A stretch of DNA of 64,000 bases. It comes from a virus. The DNA lies in the IMG/VR virus record IMGVR_UViG_3300045988_154892. One strand, written 5' to 3'. Below are positions 9,565 through 20,345 of the stretch, piece by piece (the stretch's first letter is position 1; every line of letters begins with the position of its first letter). The notes below the pieces were generated by a model that worked only from the letters and a program-made list of their open reading frames with translations, was not told the origin of the DNA and did not search any database. The position numbers were made by a program, and so were the translations under genes.

Positions 9565-10668
9565 TCAGGTTCCAATCTCCCAGGTACCAAAGCGTACATT
9601 GGTCATAGTTTCAAGACCCATGCATGTTCTAATCTTATAATCCTTGGTTTCGTCTCCTGTGTCGCCCATTTCGTTTCTTTCAAATGTAGCGTCTGATCCT
9701 TCGTATACAAATTTGATGAATTTATCAATGTTATTTGGCATAACGAGAAGTTTTGTATCATCCTCAAGATATTTAGTTACATCATTGTAGGCAAATGCCT
9801 GTGGAATCTCAACAAGATCGGTGCCTTCGAAAGTACCAAGACGGCCCATTCTATATAAATCGCTTTTTGCTTCGGTGGATGCCCATTGAACATTACCAAA
9901 GTTTACAAGCTCGCCCAGGGCTACTTCTGTACCCATAATTACGGCTTTGGAACCAGTAGCAAGTTGTACATCAGAAATAAGTCTCTTAAGTTTTGCTTTA
10001 TTTTCTGGTTTTGCCTCACCTTTAATATTCCATTTAGTTGGAACTGGGAGCTGTTTTGAAGCAGACATAACTGCATCATGAAGCATTGTATTTGTATAAC
10101 GATTGAAAGCTTCTGTAATTTTATTCAGAAGTTCATTCCAATCTTCAACACCCTGCATGAATCTTGTTAAGTCAACATATACGGACATACCATAGTATCC
10201 AGTGCTTACGGTTCTTGTCTGTCCACCAGCGAGTCTCTGACGTTCAATCGCATGATGACCATTTGCAATTTTTGCAACAGTTAGAATACAATCATCTTTG
10301 ACATAAAAACTGTTCTTCTCGCCAATAGCAACATTTTTGAAATCAACATATTTTCTGAAGAATGGATCAGCTGACCATCCAGTAACAAGAGTGTCATCAA
10401 GTGTATCTTCGATAATTTCAAATAAAGCTTCTCTAACGGATGTTCTGCCTAATGCTCGTTTGATTTGATGGTCTGTTGGATTCTCAGGTAGACCGGCAAT
10501 ATTTATAAATTTCTTTCTAATAACAACATTGGCATCGGCCTGAGATTGTCCTTGAAGTCTATCATTATATGTATCAATACAGATTTTTGTGAACGTTCTA
10601 ACGTCATTCATATCTGCAAACTTTTCCTGATTTAAATCAGTATATTCATTAAAAAATAGTTTTCTCAT
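9565..10668 (-). CDS. major capsid protein (by size and position)
   Basis: 367-aa ORF downstream of portal and scaffold-like genes, followed by a strong terminator. No motif verified by eye. Confidence 0.55.
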   Translation of the reverse strand: MRKLFFNEYTDLNQEKFADMNDVRTFTKICIDTYNDRLQGQSQADANVVIRKKFINIAGLPENPTDHQIKRALGRTSVREALFEIIEDTLDDTLVTGWSADPFFRKYVDFKNVAIGEKNSFYVKDDCILTVAKIANGHHAIERQRLAGGQTRTVSTGYYGMSVYVDLTRFMQGVEDWNELLNKITEAFNRYTNTMLHDAVMSASKQLPVPTKWNIKGEAKPENKAKLKRLISDVQLATGSKAVIMGTEVALGELVNFGNVQWASTEAKSDLYRMGRLGTFEGTDLVEIPQAFAYNDVTKYLEDDTKLLVMPNNIDKFIKFVYEGSDATFERNEMGDTGDETKDYKIRTCMGLETMTNVRFGTWEIGT

Positions 10669-10688
10669 AATTTAATCTACCTCCTTTC

Positions 10689-11237
10689 CTATGCTTCTAC
10701 TGCGCGATTACGTTTTACGAATACTGCGTACTCGCCATTTGGCCATTGTTTGTAAATATATCCAACAAAACCATTTGTTGGATTGGTTGCATTCGGATCT
10801 GCAGCAACGGTCGTAAGTTTGAATCCAGAACCATCTACAACAACATACTTGCCTACGGCAAGTTCTGCATTATCTTTAAATGCTTCCTTGGAAAGACTAA
10901 ATCTATCTGTCTCAAATACTTCAAAAGCACGAATAATTTCACCTTTTCCGTTGTAGAATTGAGACTCTTCCTGCATTCTCTTTGTGTATTCCTCATAAAT
11001 TTTTACTGGATTTGCAAGAATAACAATTTTATCAGTTACTGCTGGTGCTGTACCGACTTTAAATACATCGCTTTCTTTATAATTTTCAGGTTTAAGAACT
11101 GCTACAGAACCATTGTCCATATCAGCACCATCATTAACCATGTTATAAAATGCGTTTGGAATATCTGTTGCGTGCATTAAAGTGCTATGAAATACGCCAT
11201 GTTTTTTATAAGCATAAGTATCAAAATTTGATGCCAT
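10689..11237 (-). CDS. hypothetical head-module protein
   Basis: 182-aa ORF directly upstream of the putative capsid gene. Confidence 0.55.
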   Translation of the reverse strand: MASNFDTYAYKKHGVFHSTLMHATDIPNAFYNMVNDGADMDNGSVAVLKPENYKESDVFKVGTAPAVTDKIVILANPVKIYEEYTKRMQEESQFYNGKGEIIRAFEVFETDRFSLSKEAFKDNAELAVGKYVVVDGSGFKLTTVAADPNATNPTNGFVGYIYKQWPNGEYAVFVKRNRAVEA

Positions 11238-11312
11238 TTAAATTTTCCTCCTTTTGAAATTTTGAATAATAAAAAGAACCAATGCTCAATTGGTTCAGAA
11301 ATAACATTTCAA

Positions 11313-13124
11313 TTATTTTTTAAGAGATTTAAAATAATCTCCATATGGTGACTTTTCGTCATCTACAGTAGATCCTTCAGAATCTACTCCGAATCGCATT
11401 CCACCATTGAATTTCTTTTTTGTTTCTTTTTCTGGATTTTTTGCAGAGAAAGTTTCTGCATGAGATGTGATATAATCCGCAAAAATTACTTTTGCTTCTT
11501 TTTCGAGATCAACCAGATTGTATTTATCCATATTCTCAACTAGAGATTTGAACTCATCTGTATCTTTCAGAACAGCATATTTTTCTGCACTTAGAATTTC
11601 TTCTCTTTGAGAATGAAGTTTAGAAAATTCTGCGTTGCTTTTATACTCAACAAGTGCTGCATAATTATTTCTCATTTCATCGAGTTCGTTAAGCTCTTCT
11701 TGAGTAAGATATGTAGCAAACACTTCGACGCGATCACCGGTAAGAGAGAAGTTATCTCCATCTTGAGAATACGTTTGTTTGTACGCAATACCCGTCCAAT
11801 AATCAGACATAACCAGATATTTTTCATAAACTTTTACAGAATACCAACAATTATCTGATTCACCATACTGAGTATTTACCAGATTAGATAATGCAAAAAT
11901 TTTATCATCTAAAGCCACTTCAAAAGATTTTATATTGCCATCAATGTCAATTGAATATTTTTTCTTTTTCTTTTCACCTGTAGTTGATGTAACATCAGAT
12001 TCAGGGTCATCTTCGGATGATTTTTCACTATCAGACTCCTCTGGATTTTCATGACTGTTATCATTGTTTTTGCCGTCTGTCGTCGATTCAGCAGCATCTG
12101 AATTCTGTTCTGTATTCTGATTGCCTTCTTCTGCATTTGACTCTGGTGCCGAATTATCATCTTGATTTTCCAAAGTACTATCCGTATTACTATCGGTTGC
12201 GTCTGTACCCTCGAACTTTTCTTTAAATTTCGCTTCTAGTTCTCCATCAGATAATCCTTCGTAATCAAAATCAATATCTTCTTTTTTTACATTATATTTC
12301 TTTAACAATTCTTCGAATTTCAACAAATTTCCTCCTTTCGTAGAATTTTTATCATTGAAACAAACCTGCTCTAATCTGGATTCCAAATTAGAAATTCTGG
12401 TTTGCAAATCAATCAAAACTGAATTATGTTCTTCGCTAAAATCTACAATATCAGCTCTAGAACCTTCCATGCCTTCTCCTATTTCGGTTCCATCATTACG
12501 AGATCCCAAAAAAGTCGAGGCGTTTACATAGAAATTTTCCAGATCAAGTACTTTTTCTTTTGAATCATAAGATAATTCCTCAATAACAAGTTCGCAGCTA
12601 TTCTTTGTTCCATTTTTATTTTTTAAAATTGATACAGCCTTTGTATAATCTTCTGCAATGTAAGCATAAGCACACACAAAATCCTTATCTAACTTATCAT
12701 CATGTTCCCAAAAAGCTGGTTCAGAAGAAAACGAACCGATTTGGGATTCAATATATACATTTTCCTTTTCGCCTGTTTCTTCATTAACAACTGTTTTTAT
12801 CTCATGACCTTCAAAATCCCAAGAGCCATCGTCTAACTGATGAATTGCTCCAAGCACAGGCCTATCTGGAATTGTCTTCATTGCGCGTTCAGCAGATTCT
12901 TTTGAAACGCGCGATTTATTTCTGTTTTTCCCTGTATGGAAAATTTTAATTTTGACTTTTTGCATACCACGATGGTTTTCATCAACTGAATCCTCGGACT
13001 CAAATGTTGTCGGAACTTTCACTGCAAGTTTGTATCCAGTATCTTCTGAACTAAATTTTGCAAATTTTTGTTCCTCACAAAATTTAACTAAATCATCAAT
13101 GGTAAGCATTGTTTTATTACGCAT
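11313..13124 (-). CDS. scaffold / prohead-protease-like protein with acidic low-complexity linker
   Basis: 603-aa ORF between portal and capsid genes. Central D/E/S/N-rich tract and a K-run (GEKKKKKYS). Confidence 0.45.
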   Translation of the reverse strand: MRNKTMLTIDDLVKFCEEQKFAKFSSEDTGYKLAVKVPTTFESEDSVDENHRGMQKVKIKIFHTGKNRNKSRVSKESAERAMKTIPDRPVLGAIHQLDDGSWDFEGHEIKTVVNEETGEKENVYIESQIGSFSSEPAFWEHDDKLDKDFVCAYAYIAEDYTKAVSILKNKNGTKNSCELVIEELSYDSKEKVLDLENFYVNASTFLGSRNDGTEIGEGMEGSRADIVDFSEEHNSVLIDLQTRISNLESRLEQVCFNDKNSTKGGNLLKFEELLKKYNVKKEDIDFDYEGLSDGELEAKFKEKFEGTDATDSNTDSTLENQDDNSAPESNAEEGNQNTEQNSDAAESTTDGKNNDNSHENPEESDSEKSSEDDPESDVTSTTGEKKKKKYSIDIDGNIKSFEVALDDKIFALSNLVNTQYGESDNCWYSVKVYEKYLVMSDYWTGIAYKQTYSQDGDNFSLTGDRVEVFATYLTQEELNELDEMRNNYAALVEYKSNAEFSKLHSQREEILSAEKYAVLKDTDEFKSLVENMDKYNLVDLEKEAKVIFADYITSHAETFSAKNPEKETKKKFNGGMRFGVDSEGSTVDDEKSPYGDYFKSLKK

Positions 13125-13149
13125 CCTATTGTCTACCTCCTTTCTTCAG

Positions 13150-13181
13150 AATATAAAAAATCCCATCCTGAAAGATGAGAT
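13150..13181 (-). terminator. intrinsic terminator
   Basis: Minus strand AUCUCAUC-uuucag-GAUGGGAU (one U-G pair) followed by UUUUUUAUAUU. Confidence 0.55.
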
Positions 13182-13183
13182 AG

Positions 13184-13363
13184 TTAAACGTAAAGAATAT
13201 TACTATATTGAATTTTTGATAAATCTAAATCATCGGAAAAATATAGTTTATCATCATTTAAAAATGTATAGACGCCGTTTTGCGTATCAATAATTTGATA
13301 TCCCGATTTTACAAGCGTCTTCATTGTATCTATATCAGACACTTTAATAAAATTTTTCTTCAT
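13184..13363 (-). CDS. hypothetical small protein (59 aa, below ORF-track cutoff)
   Basis: ATG 13363-13361 behind a GGAG RBS. MKKNFIKVSDIDTMKTLVKSGYQIIDTQNG..., hand-translated 60 codons to TAA. Confidence 0.5.
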   Translation of the reverse strand: MKKNFIKVSDIDTMKTLVKSGYQIIDTQNGVYTFLNDDKLYFSDDLDLSKIQYSNILYV

Positions 13364-13380
13364 ATAAGTATCAGCTCCTA

Positions 13381-15048
13381 TTACATATTATTTTTATCTT
13401 GTTCACGAGTATCTGAGCCACTGTCTGTCAAATCTGTTGCATCAGATTCTGGCCTTCCTCCAGATATAGGATCTGTTCCAGAGCTTGTTTGAGTATAGCT
13501 TGTATTTAATGGAGTCATAAGATTTGATAATCCGAGTGCATTTTCAAGATACAACGCAGATAATTGTTCAAGCTGCGTATCGCCGTCGAGAATACCAATT
13601 TTCATTTTTGCAAATCCATTTTGAGCTGATTCAAGATACTCTTTCCTTTTGGATTTTCTTGTATACGGGCAGACACCTTCGAGGTATTTGATAGAAGCGT
13701 GATCTGTTCCAATAACATAATTAAAATACAGATTTAGATAACGATTAATTTGTGGAACCAGCGTACTATGCGCAATTTCCATGTCTGCGATAATTTGCGC
13801 TTCATAAATAGTAGATCCTGTTTTGTCATTATCAAGAATAACACCACCAATTCTCTTAAACAGATTTGATAAAGAACTAGAGATCATATCTGTATCATCG
13901 GTTGTATTAAGATCCTTAAATTCAATTGGCTCTATTGGAATAGGAGATAGACATGCGTTTACGCATTCAGGGAGTTTTTCAGCAAACTTATTATAATATT
14001 GAAGCGCAGTTACTGGATCAACTTCAAAATTATCTGGTTCATCAGATCCAGATATAGGCTTAAGTCTTGCAACAAGTAGTTTATATGCACTCAATTGATC
14101 TTTAGCCGTCTTTAAGGCTTGTAAATCAATGTTAGAAATTATGCTTTCAAATAACGAAGCAAACGGTGGATAATCCATAGTTGGATCATCAGAATTTATC
14201 TTGAAACAAATTTGCCTTTCTGGCTCCAGCTCTTGCCAACGAAAAGTAGAATCTTTTTGATAAGCTTCATATTTAGATTTAAATTCACTATCCCAATATT
14301 CGAGATAAGCTTCATGTGAACGAAAATACGAGAAATCAAACGCGAATCGAAATACACCGGCTTCGATCGAAGAAATTCTGCAATAATCTCCATCTAGGAT
14401 TTGGTAGAAACACGTACCACCTTCTTGGTCAGAATCATCATAGACATATGCATATACTGTATCTTCGCGCCATGCTACTAATAAAAGTTTTGTGATTTCA
14501 TCTTTGAAATCTAATCGCTGCCATCGAACTAGGGTTTCATAATACTTCTGTACAATTTCATTATTATTTATTGGTTGTGTTAAGTCGACAAGTGGAGTGA
14601 TATTAAAAGCGTCTCCACATATCATCCTGGCATAAAAATTACAAATACGACGATATTCATAACATAATCTATACAAATATCTACTTAAATTTCTAATTTG
14701 AGATTCATAGGATTTTGGGGATTTAAGATATGTACGAAGTGTTTCTCTAGAATAAGTCTGAAATGTTCTGTTTTCTGTTTTTGATAAGTCAACCAGCTGC
14801 AGTGCATCAAGCATCGCTTTAGTTGTTGCAAACATTTCATTTACGCGTTCTTGCTTAGTAAGCGTTGTACTGATTTCTTTAACGGTCTTTGCACCTTGCG
14901 GAGTACTCACTGTTGGTTTGATAGATTTTCTTGCATTCGCAAGTAATTTATCTACTTTATCCGTCTTTTTGCTTTGTGTTGTATTAGAAATGGGAGGTGT
15001 ATTATCTAACACCTTCGGTTTGTTTTTTGATCCTTTAGGTCTACCCAA
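13381..15048 (-). CDS. portal protein (by size and position)
   Basis: 555-aa ORF immediately downstream of the large terminase gene. Confidence 0.6.
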   Translation of the reverse strand: MGRPKGSKNKPKVLDNTPPISNTTQSKKTDKVDKLLANARKSIKPTVSTPQGAKTVKEISTTLTKQERVNEMFATTKAMLDALQLVDLSKTENRTFQTYSRETLRTYLKSPKSYESQIRNLSRYLYRLCYEYRRICNFYARMICGDAFNITPLVDLTQPINNNEIVQKYYETLVRWQRLDFKDEITKLLLVAWREDTVYAYVYDDSDQEGGTCFYQILDGDYCRISSIEAGVFRFAFDFSYFRSHEAYLEYWDSEFKSKYEAYQKDSTFRWQELEPERQICFKINSDDPTMDYPPFASLFESIISNIDLQALKTAKDQLSAYKLLVARLKPISGSDEPDNFEVDPVTALQYYNKFAEKLPECVNACLSPIPIEPIEFKDLNTTDDTDMISSSLSNLFKRIGGVILDNDKTGSTIYEAQIIADMEIAHSTLVPQINRYLNLYFNYVIGTDHASIKYLEGVCPYTRKSKRKEYLESAQNGFAKMKIGILDGDTQLEQLSALYLENALGLSNLMTPLNTSYTQTSSGTDPISGGRPESDATDLTDSGSDTREQDKNNM

Positions 15049-15115
15049 TGATACACCTTCCTTTCGTAAAATTTATATTTTTAATTGGAGAATAAGAGAG
15101 AAGTGTGGGATAAAT

Positions 15116-17140
15116 TTAGTCAAAATATGAAAATGTTTTTGCTGTTTGAATTGGTAGCATATCGACGAGATTAGAAGAAGAGATAGATTTCTTCTTTTTA
15201 TTTTTAATATGTTCAAGTCTTTTTTCCGATAGGAACCAGCCTAACATTGCTAAGACATATGCCCTATCGTCGTGCATAGTTGCTTCAGAATTCCCCGTAT
15301 CCGCATCTTTATGTGGAGGAAGTTTAAAACTATCTTTTCCACCTTCTCTTTTTGTTCTGCAAATATTCACAATTTCTTCCTTCATGGCATCGATTTGAAC
15401 TAACGCCACCTCTTCATCCAAAGATAATTTATATGTAGTGGTTTTCGCTGATTCTATTTCAGATAATCTTTCTTCTAATTGTTCTTCATATTCACTGATA
15501 TCCAAATTCATTTTATCTAATTCAGCGCGAATACTTTCTTCAGACTTATGCATTAGCTCATCATCGACTTCCAGTATATTTAAGTAACCTTTATTGTCAT
15601 ATTTTTCAGTGAAATGAATTTTATTTGCTTCAACCATTTTTATCAAAGCTTCAAACATCTCTGATTTATATTTTGATGGTTCAATCAATTTTAACTTATT
15701 AACTGCTTCTGGATATCTCTTTGAATAGATATCTCCGTTTGTATAGTCTTTGTCAATTAATCCATGATGATTTTTCCCTGTTTTGTCTTTCCATTCCTCA
15801 ATTAGACTATCTCTAACCCAAGAGTTTCCACCTCCACCAGATCCTGCATCTGCCAAAACCAATTCGATGTTATCATAATCTAACGCATCACCATTGTAAT
15901 CCAACAGAAGATTATGCAATTCACGTATCTGGTCTTGTGTCATCATAGGAGTTTTCCTTCGAAGGCCTAAATCAGAAAATGAAATAACATTTACAATATC
16001 CATTGTGTACCCATCTTCTTCGTTGTATAATAGTTCTCCGATACCTAAAATTGAATTATCAGTAGATCTTGCTGGGTCATATGCAAATACAAATTTTCTT
16101 TCATTTGTATCATTATATAAAACAGGAGGCCTGTTATAAGAATTTCGAACAATTAGCGCACGTTTAATAATTTGTCCAACTCCACCATCTTGCGTAAATT
16201 GGTTATAATATTCTCGCATAGCTTTTTCAGGATTGTTTCTGATTTCATTCTCGATTGTTTCTCTATTTAACAATGAAGCAGGATAAGGTTTTCCGTGAAA
16301 AGTAGTGTTTATTACTATATCACAATTCAGATCCGCAACAAAATATCTTGGATCACCTAAAAACATTTTCTTTGAAAAGTCACGATATTTCTGATAAAAT
16401 GCAGTATCTACAGAAGATGCAGAGGATGCATATAATAATTGATGAGGGAATTCTTTTGGAACTGTGGCGACATCAATATCTCCGCCAAGTTTAAAGTCTG
16501 CACTCTGAGTTGTAAACGCACCAATAACATTGAATTCTTCTTCAGAAAGCCATCCTCCCTCATCAAAATAGACGGCCTCTGCACGTTTACCTCTTTTCGC
16601 ATTAATATTACTATTTAAGGTCTTCACAAAACTGCCATTATAAAGTTTATACGTGAATCCCATTGGATTATGGACAAAACCGGATGAATTCGCCTGAGAT
16701 ATTTCCACTTCATTTCTAAATACATCCGTAAGACCAGTCATTGATTCAATATTTTTCATTGCAATATCTTCAATTTTTCTAAATGTTTCTTGTGACTGAT
16801 CTGCAGTTCCAGAACAAATATATATTCTATAATTATTATGTAAAAGTCCACGAAGCATTGCATACAACGCTAATTTTGTTGTCTTACCAGCATTTCGACT
16901 TTCTAGCCATAGGACATACGGTCTTGTCCAGCTCATCATGAATGTATATTCCTGTGAATCTAATAAATCTACGCCCACGAATTCTGATAAAAATTTCGTT
17001 GGATATCGTAATCCCCATTGTTTTATTTCAGCTAATTTTTGATAACTTTCTAATTTTCTCTGAGATATTTCACGTTCTGTTGGTTTTACATAGATTTGGT
17101 AATTATTCGGCAATAAGATTCCAGAGTCTGTCTCAAGCAT
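15116..17140 (-). CDS. terL: terminase large subunit
   Basis: 674 aa. Walker A-like SRNAGKTTKL, Walker B-like AVYFDEGGW, and a C-terminal nuclease-sized domain. Precedes the portal gene. Confidence 0.8.
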   Translation of the reverse strand: MLETDSGILLPNNYQIYVKPTEREISQRKLESYQKLAEIKQWGLRYPTKFLSEFVGVDLLDSQEYTFMMSWTRPYVLWLESRNAGKTTKLALYAMLRGLLHNNYRIYICSGTADQSQETFRKIEDIAMKNIESMTGLTDVFRNEVEISQANSSGFVHNPMGFTYKLYNGSFVKTLNSNINAKRGKRAEAVYFDEGGWLSEEEFNVIGAFTTQSADFKLGGDIDVATVPKEFPHQLLYASSASSVDTAFYQKYRDFSKKMFLGDPRYFVADLNCDIVINTTFHGKPYPASLLNRETIENEIRNNPEKAMREYYNQFTQDGGVGQIIKRALIVRNSYNRPPVLYNDTNERKFVFAYDPARSTDNSILGIGELLYNEEDGYTMDIVNVISFSDLGLRRKTPMMTQDQIRELHNLLLDYNGDALDYDNIELVLADAGSGGGGNSWVRDSLIEEWKDKTGKNHHGLIDKDYTNGDIYSKRYPEAVNKLKLIEPSKYKSEMFEALIKMVEANKIHFTEKYDNKGYLNILEVDDELMHKSEESIRAELDKMNLDISEYEEQLEERLSEIESAKTTTYKLSLDEEVALVQIDAMKEEIVNICRTKREGGKDSFKLPPHKDADTGNSEATMHDDRAYVLAMLGWFLSEKRLEHIKNKKKKSISSSNLVDMLPIQTAKTFSYFD

Positions 17141-18335
17141 TGTTTGTTTCCACCAAATCTATGTTATTATCTTTTAAAAGTGATTTTAAATCATAATTTT
17201 CTTTAAGAAGAATTCTTGATTTTTCTTCACTTTCATCGGATTTCTTTTTATATTTATTTATCAATTCTCTTTGCTGAATAATCATATCATTATAGTCGTT
17301 TTCATCTAATCGAATCTGTTTTAAAATAGCTGCATCACTAATTTCAGCTACTTGTTGTAAACCGGCAGAATATTCAATATTATATAAATTTGTTTCAGCT
17401 TCAGACAGATTCATTTCTTTCATTTTCCGAACTTTACCAGTCCATGTATTTTCACCTTTTGAAGCGTTGACAGAGTGTTTTAAGCTGATTCCGTTATCTT
17501 TTGCCAAATTTAATACAGAAGAAGTTATTTTGTTTTTTGTATCTTCTAGGTTCTTTATTGTAGATATGTTTTTCTCCATATTTTTTACATCAGACATTAA
17601 CGAAGTAATTACATCGTTTATCTTCTCAATGTGACTAAAACTTTTTACGATTTCAATAGAAGAAGATGTTTTAAGTCTATCTTCATTTGCATCTTCGCTA
17701 GAATCTAAATAACCAATAAGACTTGCATATAGATATGGTTGATCACCAGGTTGTTCTTTTTCAAAGGGATCATATCCTAATAAACGAATTACATCTTTTT
17801 TATTTTGTGTAAACGTATCTAACAAATCTTTATTAACAGAAAAAGAATTTGATGTATCATCTATATTGTCATTTTTTTCATCTTTTTTCGAATAATAAAA
17901 ATCACTATCTGAGAACGTTTTGCAATTATATTGCCCCATCGCAACGTTTTTAATATATGCATTCCAAGGGTTAGATTTAACTCTTCCAGAAGCTAGATTA
18001 TCTGCTTCTAATACACTAGCATCCCACAAATCATTTAAAAAAGGCTTGTCCAAATACTTAAGGGCTAATATAACAGAATCTTTGTCTGGTTCATGTTCTA
18101 CTTTATCTTTCCCAATTTTTAACGCTATTTTTTTTGCACAATCCTTGCAAATAGGTGTAAGCCCACTTTTATTTAAAGGATCTGTACTTACATAAAATTT
18201 GTCTCTTGATTTATGAGTATCACACATATAGCACCAGGCACCATTTTTTAATGAATCAACTTTATCCTCTAATCGAATAATTTTGTCTTTCATTTGAGCA
18301 GCCGTTAATTTCGGCGCAGTTGTTTTTGTAGCCAA
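17133..18335 (-). CDS. hypothetical protein, possible small terminase subunit by position
   Basis: 400-aa ORF overlapping the terL start by 8 nt. CxxC pairs near the N-terminus and a coiled-coil C-terminus. Confidence 0.4.
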   Translation of the reverse strand: MATKTTAPKLTAAQMKDKIIRLEDKVDSLKNGAWCYMCDTHKSRDKFYVSTDPLNKSGLTPICKDCAKKIALKIGKDKVEHEPDKDSVILALKYLDKPFLNDLWDASVLEADNLASGRVKSNPWNAYIKNVAMGQYNCKTFSDSDFYYSKKDEKNDNIDDTSNSFSVNKDLLDTFTQNKKDVIRLLGYDPFEKEQPGDQPYLYASLIGYLDSSEDANEDRLKTSSSIEIVKSFSHIEKINDVITSLMSDVKNMEKNISTIKNLEDTKNKITSSVLNLAKDNGISLKHSVNASKGENTWTGKVRKMKEMNLSEAETNLYNIEYSAGLQQVAEISDAAILKQIRLDENDYNDMIIQQRELINKYKKKSDESEEKSRILLKENYDLKSLLKDNNIDLVETNNA

Positions 18336-18366
18336 TTAACAGCCACCTCCTTTTTTGCATAATAAA

Positions 18367-19623
18367 TTAAGCACTTTCCGCAAGAACTGACAAAGTACTT
18401 TCTAAATATTCTACATATTCATAATTTATATTTACTTGCAAATTATTTTCCGTGAACCAAGTATCAAATTCTCCAGTATCGATTCTGTATAAAAAAGCCA
18501 AAAAGTCAAATGGAGAGAATTTTATATATCCATAATTGTCATGGAATAATTTATGTACCTCTTTGTTTATACATGCTCCATACCCATATAACATATGCAA
18601 ATCTTTTAATGTTAATCTTAATTCATCGAAATCTTCTTTGTTATAATCACATACTTGCTGTTTTACTTCTATTCCTGTTATTTTAAAAACTTCATCAACG
18701 ATATCTCTAAATGCTGTTGTATGATGTACATTATCAAATTCACTGCCAGTTATAACGCATTTATAATTACAAAATTCCATTGAATCATTGAACCAACTTT
18801 TTGTATCAGATCTTAACTCGACATAAGTAGAATTAATTCCACCTTTCCAACGACCATTTTCTTCGCCAACTAATGGATTTAAATGTCTTGGATTTTTATC
18901 TCCAGCCCATTTTCCCTTTTGCCTTTCGCTTATCATTTTGCATTGTTCTGGGCTACGTCTTTTACCTTTCCACCATCCATTATGAGTCTTAAAATATTCT
19001 CTTTTTGTTTCAGAAATTTTCTTTCTGGATTCTTCAGATAATGCTCGTCCTTTCAACTTTTCACTATTTTTTATACTTCTAGACAAATTAGCTCTAACTT
19101 GTGCATCGTAATTCTTGCCTTGCAGACCAAGAAGCGCTGCATGACATTCTATAGATCTAACGGTTCTATTTGGCAAAAATAAATTATGCAATTCTTCGCC
19201 AGTAAAATCTTTATATTTTTCTAACAATACATTATTTTCTTCATCCGTCCATTTTTCGGAAACTGTATAATCGGGGTCAAGAAAACCAGATTCCTTTTTG
19301 CTGCATTCTCTACATACATTTCTTAAACCATCAATACAAGATAGATCGATAGGAAAATATAATTTATTATTTGGTAAATCTCTATTGCATTTTTTACAAT
19401 GTCGTGTCCCTGAATAAAATAAATCTTTATTTTTGTTTTTCTCAATAATCTTCAGACGCTTTTCTTTATTAATTATTTTTTGACATTCTTTACATAAAGC
19501 ATTTAATCGTCCAAGTTTTTTATTTGCATAAGCAAAGAATTCATTTGTATTCGGGAATTCTTTTCCACATTTTGTACAAATTCTTGTTTTTGATTCAATA
19601 CTTGTTCCATGAGTATATCCCAT
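18367..19623 (-). CDS. free-standing HNH homing endonuclease with Zn-ribbon, SANT/Myb-like and NUMOD3-like repeats
   Basis: Start set at MGYTHG (ATG 19623-19621). Repeated CxxC...CxxC; WTDEENNVLLEKY; repeated S-E-x-x-K-K-I-S type motifs; C-terminal NVHHT...HKLFHDNYG. Confidence 0.8.
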   Translation of the reverse strand: MGYTHGTSIESKTRICTKCGKEFPNTNEFFAYANKKLGRLNALCKECQKIINKEKRLKIIEKNKNKDLFYSGTRHCKKCNRDLPNNKLYFPIDLSCIDGLRNVCRECSKKESGFLDPDYTVSEKWTDEENNVLLEKYKDFTGEELHNLFLPNRTVRSIECHAALLGLQGKNYDAQVRANLSRSIKNSEKLKGRALSEESRKKISETKREYFKTHNGWWKGKRRSPEQCKMISERQKGKWAGDKNPRHLNPLVGEENGRWKGGINSTYVELRSDTKSWFNDSMEFCNYKCVITGSEFDNVHHTTAFRDIVDEVFKITGIEVKQQVCDYNKEDFDELRLTLKDLHMLYGYGACINKEVHKLFHDNYGYIKFSPFDFLAFLYRIDTGEFDTWFTENNLQVNINYEYVEYLESTLSVLAESA

Positions 19624-19662
19624 TTTTATCGTCTCGCTTTCCACTCGCATAACAATTAAAAA

Positions 19663-19727
19663 GAGTAGGAAAGTAGTGCGAGTATCTACTATGCCAAAGC
19701 TCATGACTTCTCTGGTTTCCTACTCCC
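19663..19727 (-). promoter_or_regulatory. conserved three-way-junction RNA leader upstream of HNH gene (copy 1)
   Basis: Minus strand GGAGUAGGAAA/UUUCCUACUC closes CCAGA-gaagucaugagc-UUUGG and GUAG...CUAC, then UUUUU. Same architecture and loop as 24769-24829. Confidence 0.55.
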
Positions 19728-19853
19728 AAAAAATTAATCACGCTCCACTGACAGATCAATAAACACCAAACTGCTTATGATTACTTATTCTCCAATGAAT
19801 TTAAAGAGAATAAAAATATAAAACATGAAACAAAATAAAGAAAGGTGATTTAA

Positions 19854-20345
19854 ATGTGTAAAACTATAACAACATCAGATGGTAAAGTATTAGAACCAAT
19901 AACTCCATCTGAAGATCTCCAAAAACTACAGGAATTTTCTGATAAATTAATATCTGACACGAGTTATCAACAAATGCTGAATAGCAATATTAACATAAAT
20001 ATGTTTAAGAACATGCCCAAATTTCCATCTCCAGAAGAACGTTTAAAATTCCTTACTGACAAAATGGACTCTATGCAATCTGAGCTTGAAAGTCAGACAG
20101 AAGCTATGAGAAAAATTCAGTACGAAAACATGAAATTGAATGCACAAACTGAGATACAGAATAAAACATTAGATTCTAATTTGAAAGAATTGAATGAACT
20201 AAGAAATGTAAATGCAGAATTGAAAGCAGTGAATAAAAATCTTGAAAATAGCAATAGACACTATTGGCGAAATACCGCAATTACCGCAATTGTTTCATTT
20301 GTAGTTGCTTTAATATTTTATTTATTAGGATTTATAACGCCTTAA
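19854..20345 (+). CDS. tail-anchored coiled-coil membrane protein, function unknown
   Basis: 163-aa ORF with RBS AAAGGTGA. C-terminal TM helix AITAIVSFVVALIFYLLGFI. The only plus-strand CDS in the left arm. Confidence 0.6.
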   Translation: MCKTITTSDGKVLEPITPSEDLQKLQEFSDKLISDTSYQQMLNSNININMFKNMPKFPSPEERLKFLTDKMDSMQSELESQTEAMRKIQYENMKLNAQTEIQNKTLDSNLKELNELRNVNAELKAVNKNLENSNRHYWRNTAITAIVSFVVALIFYLLGFITP

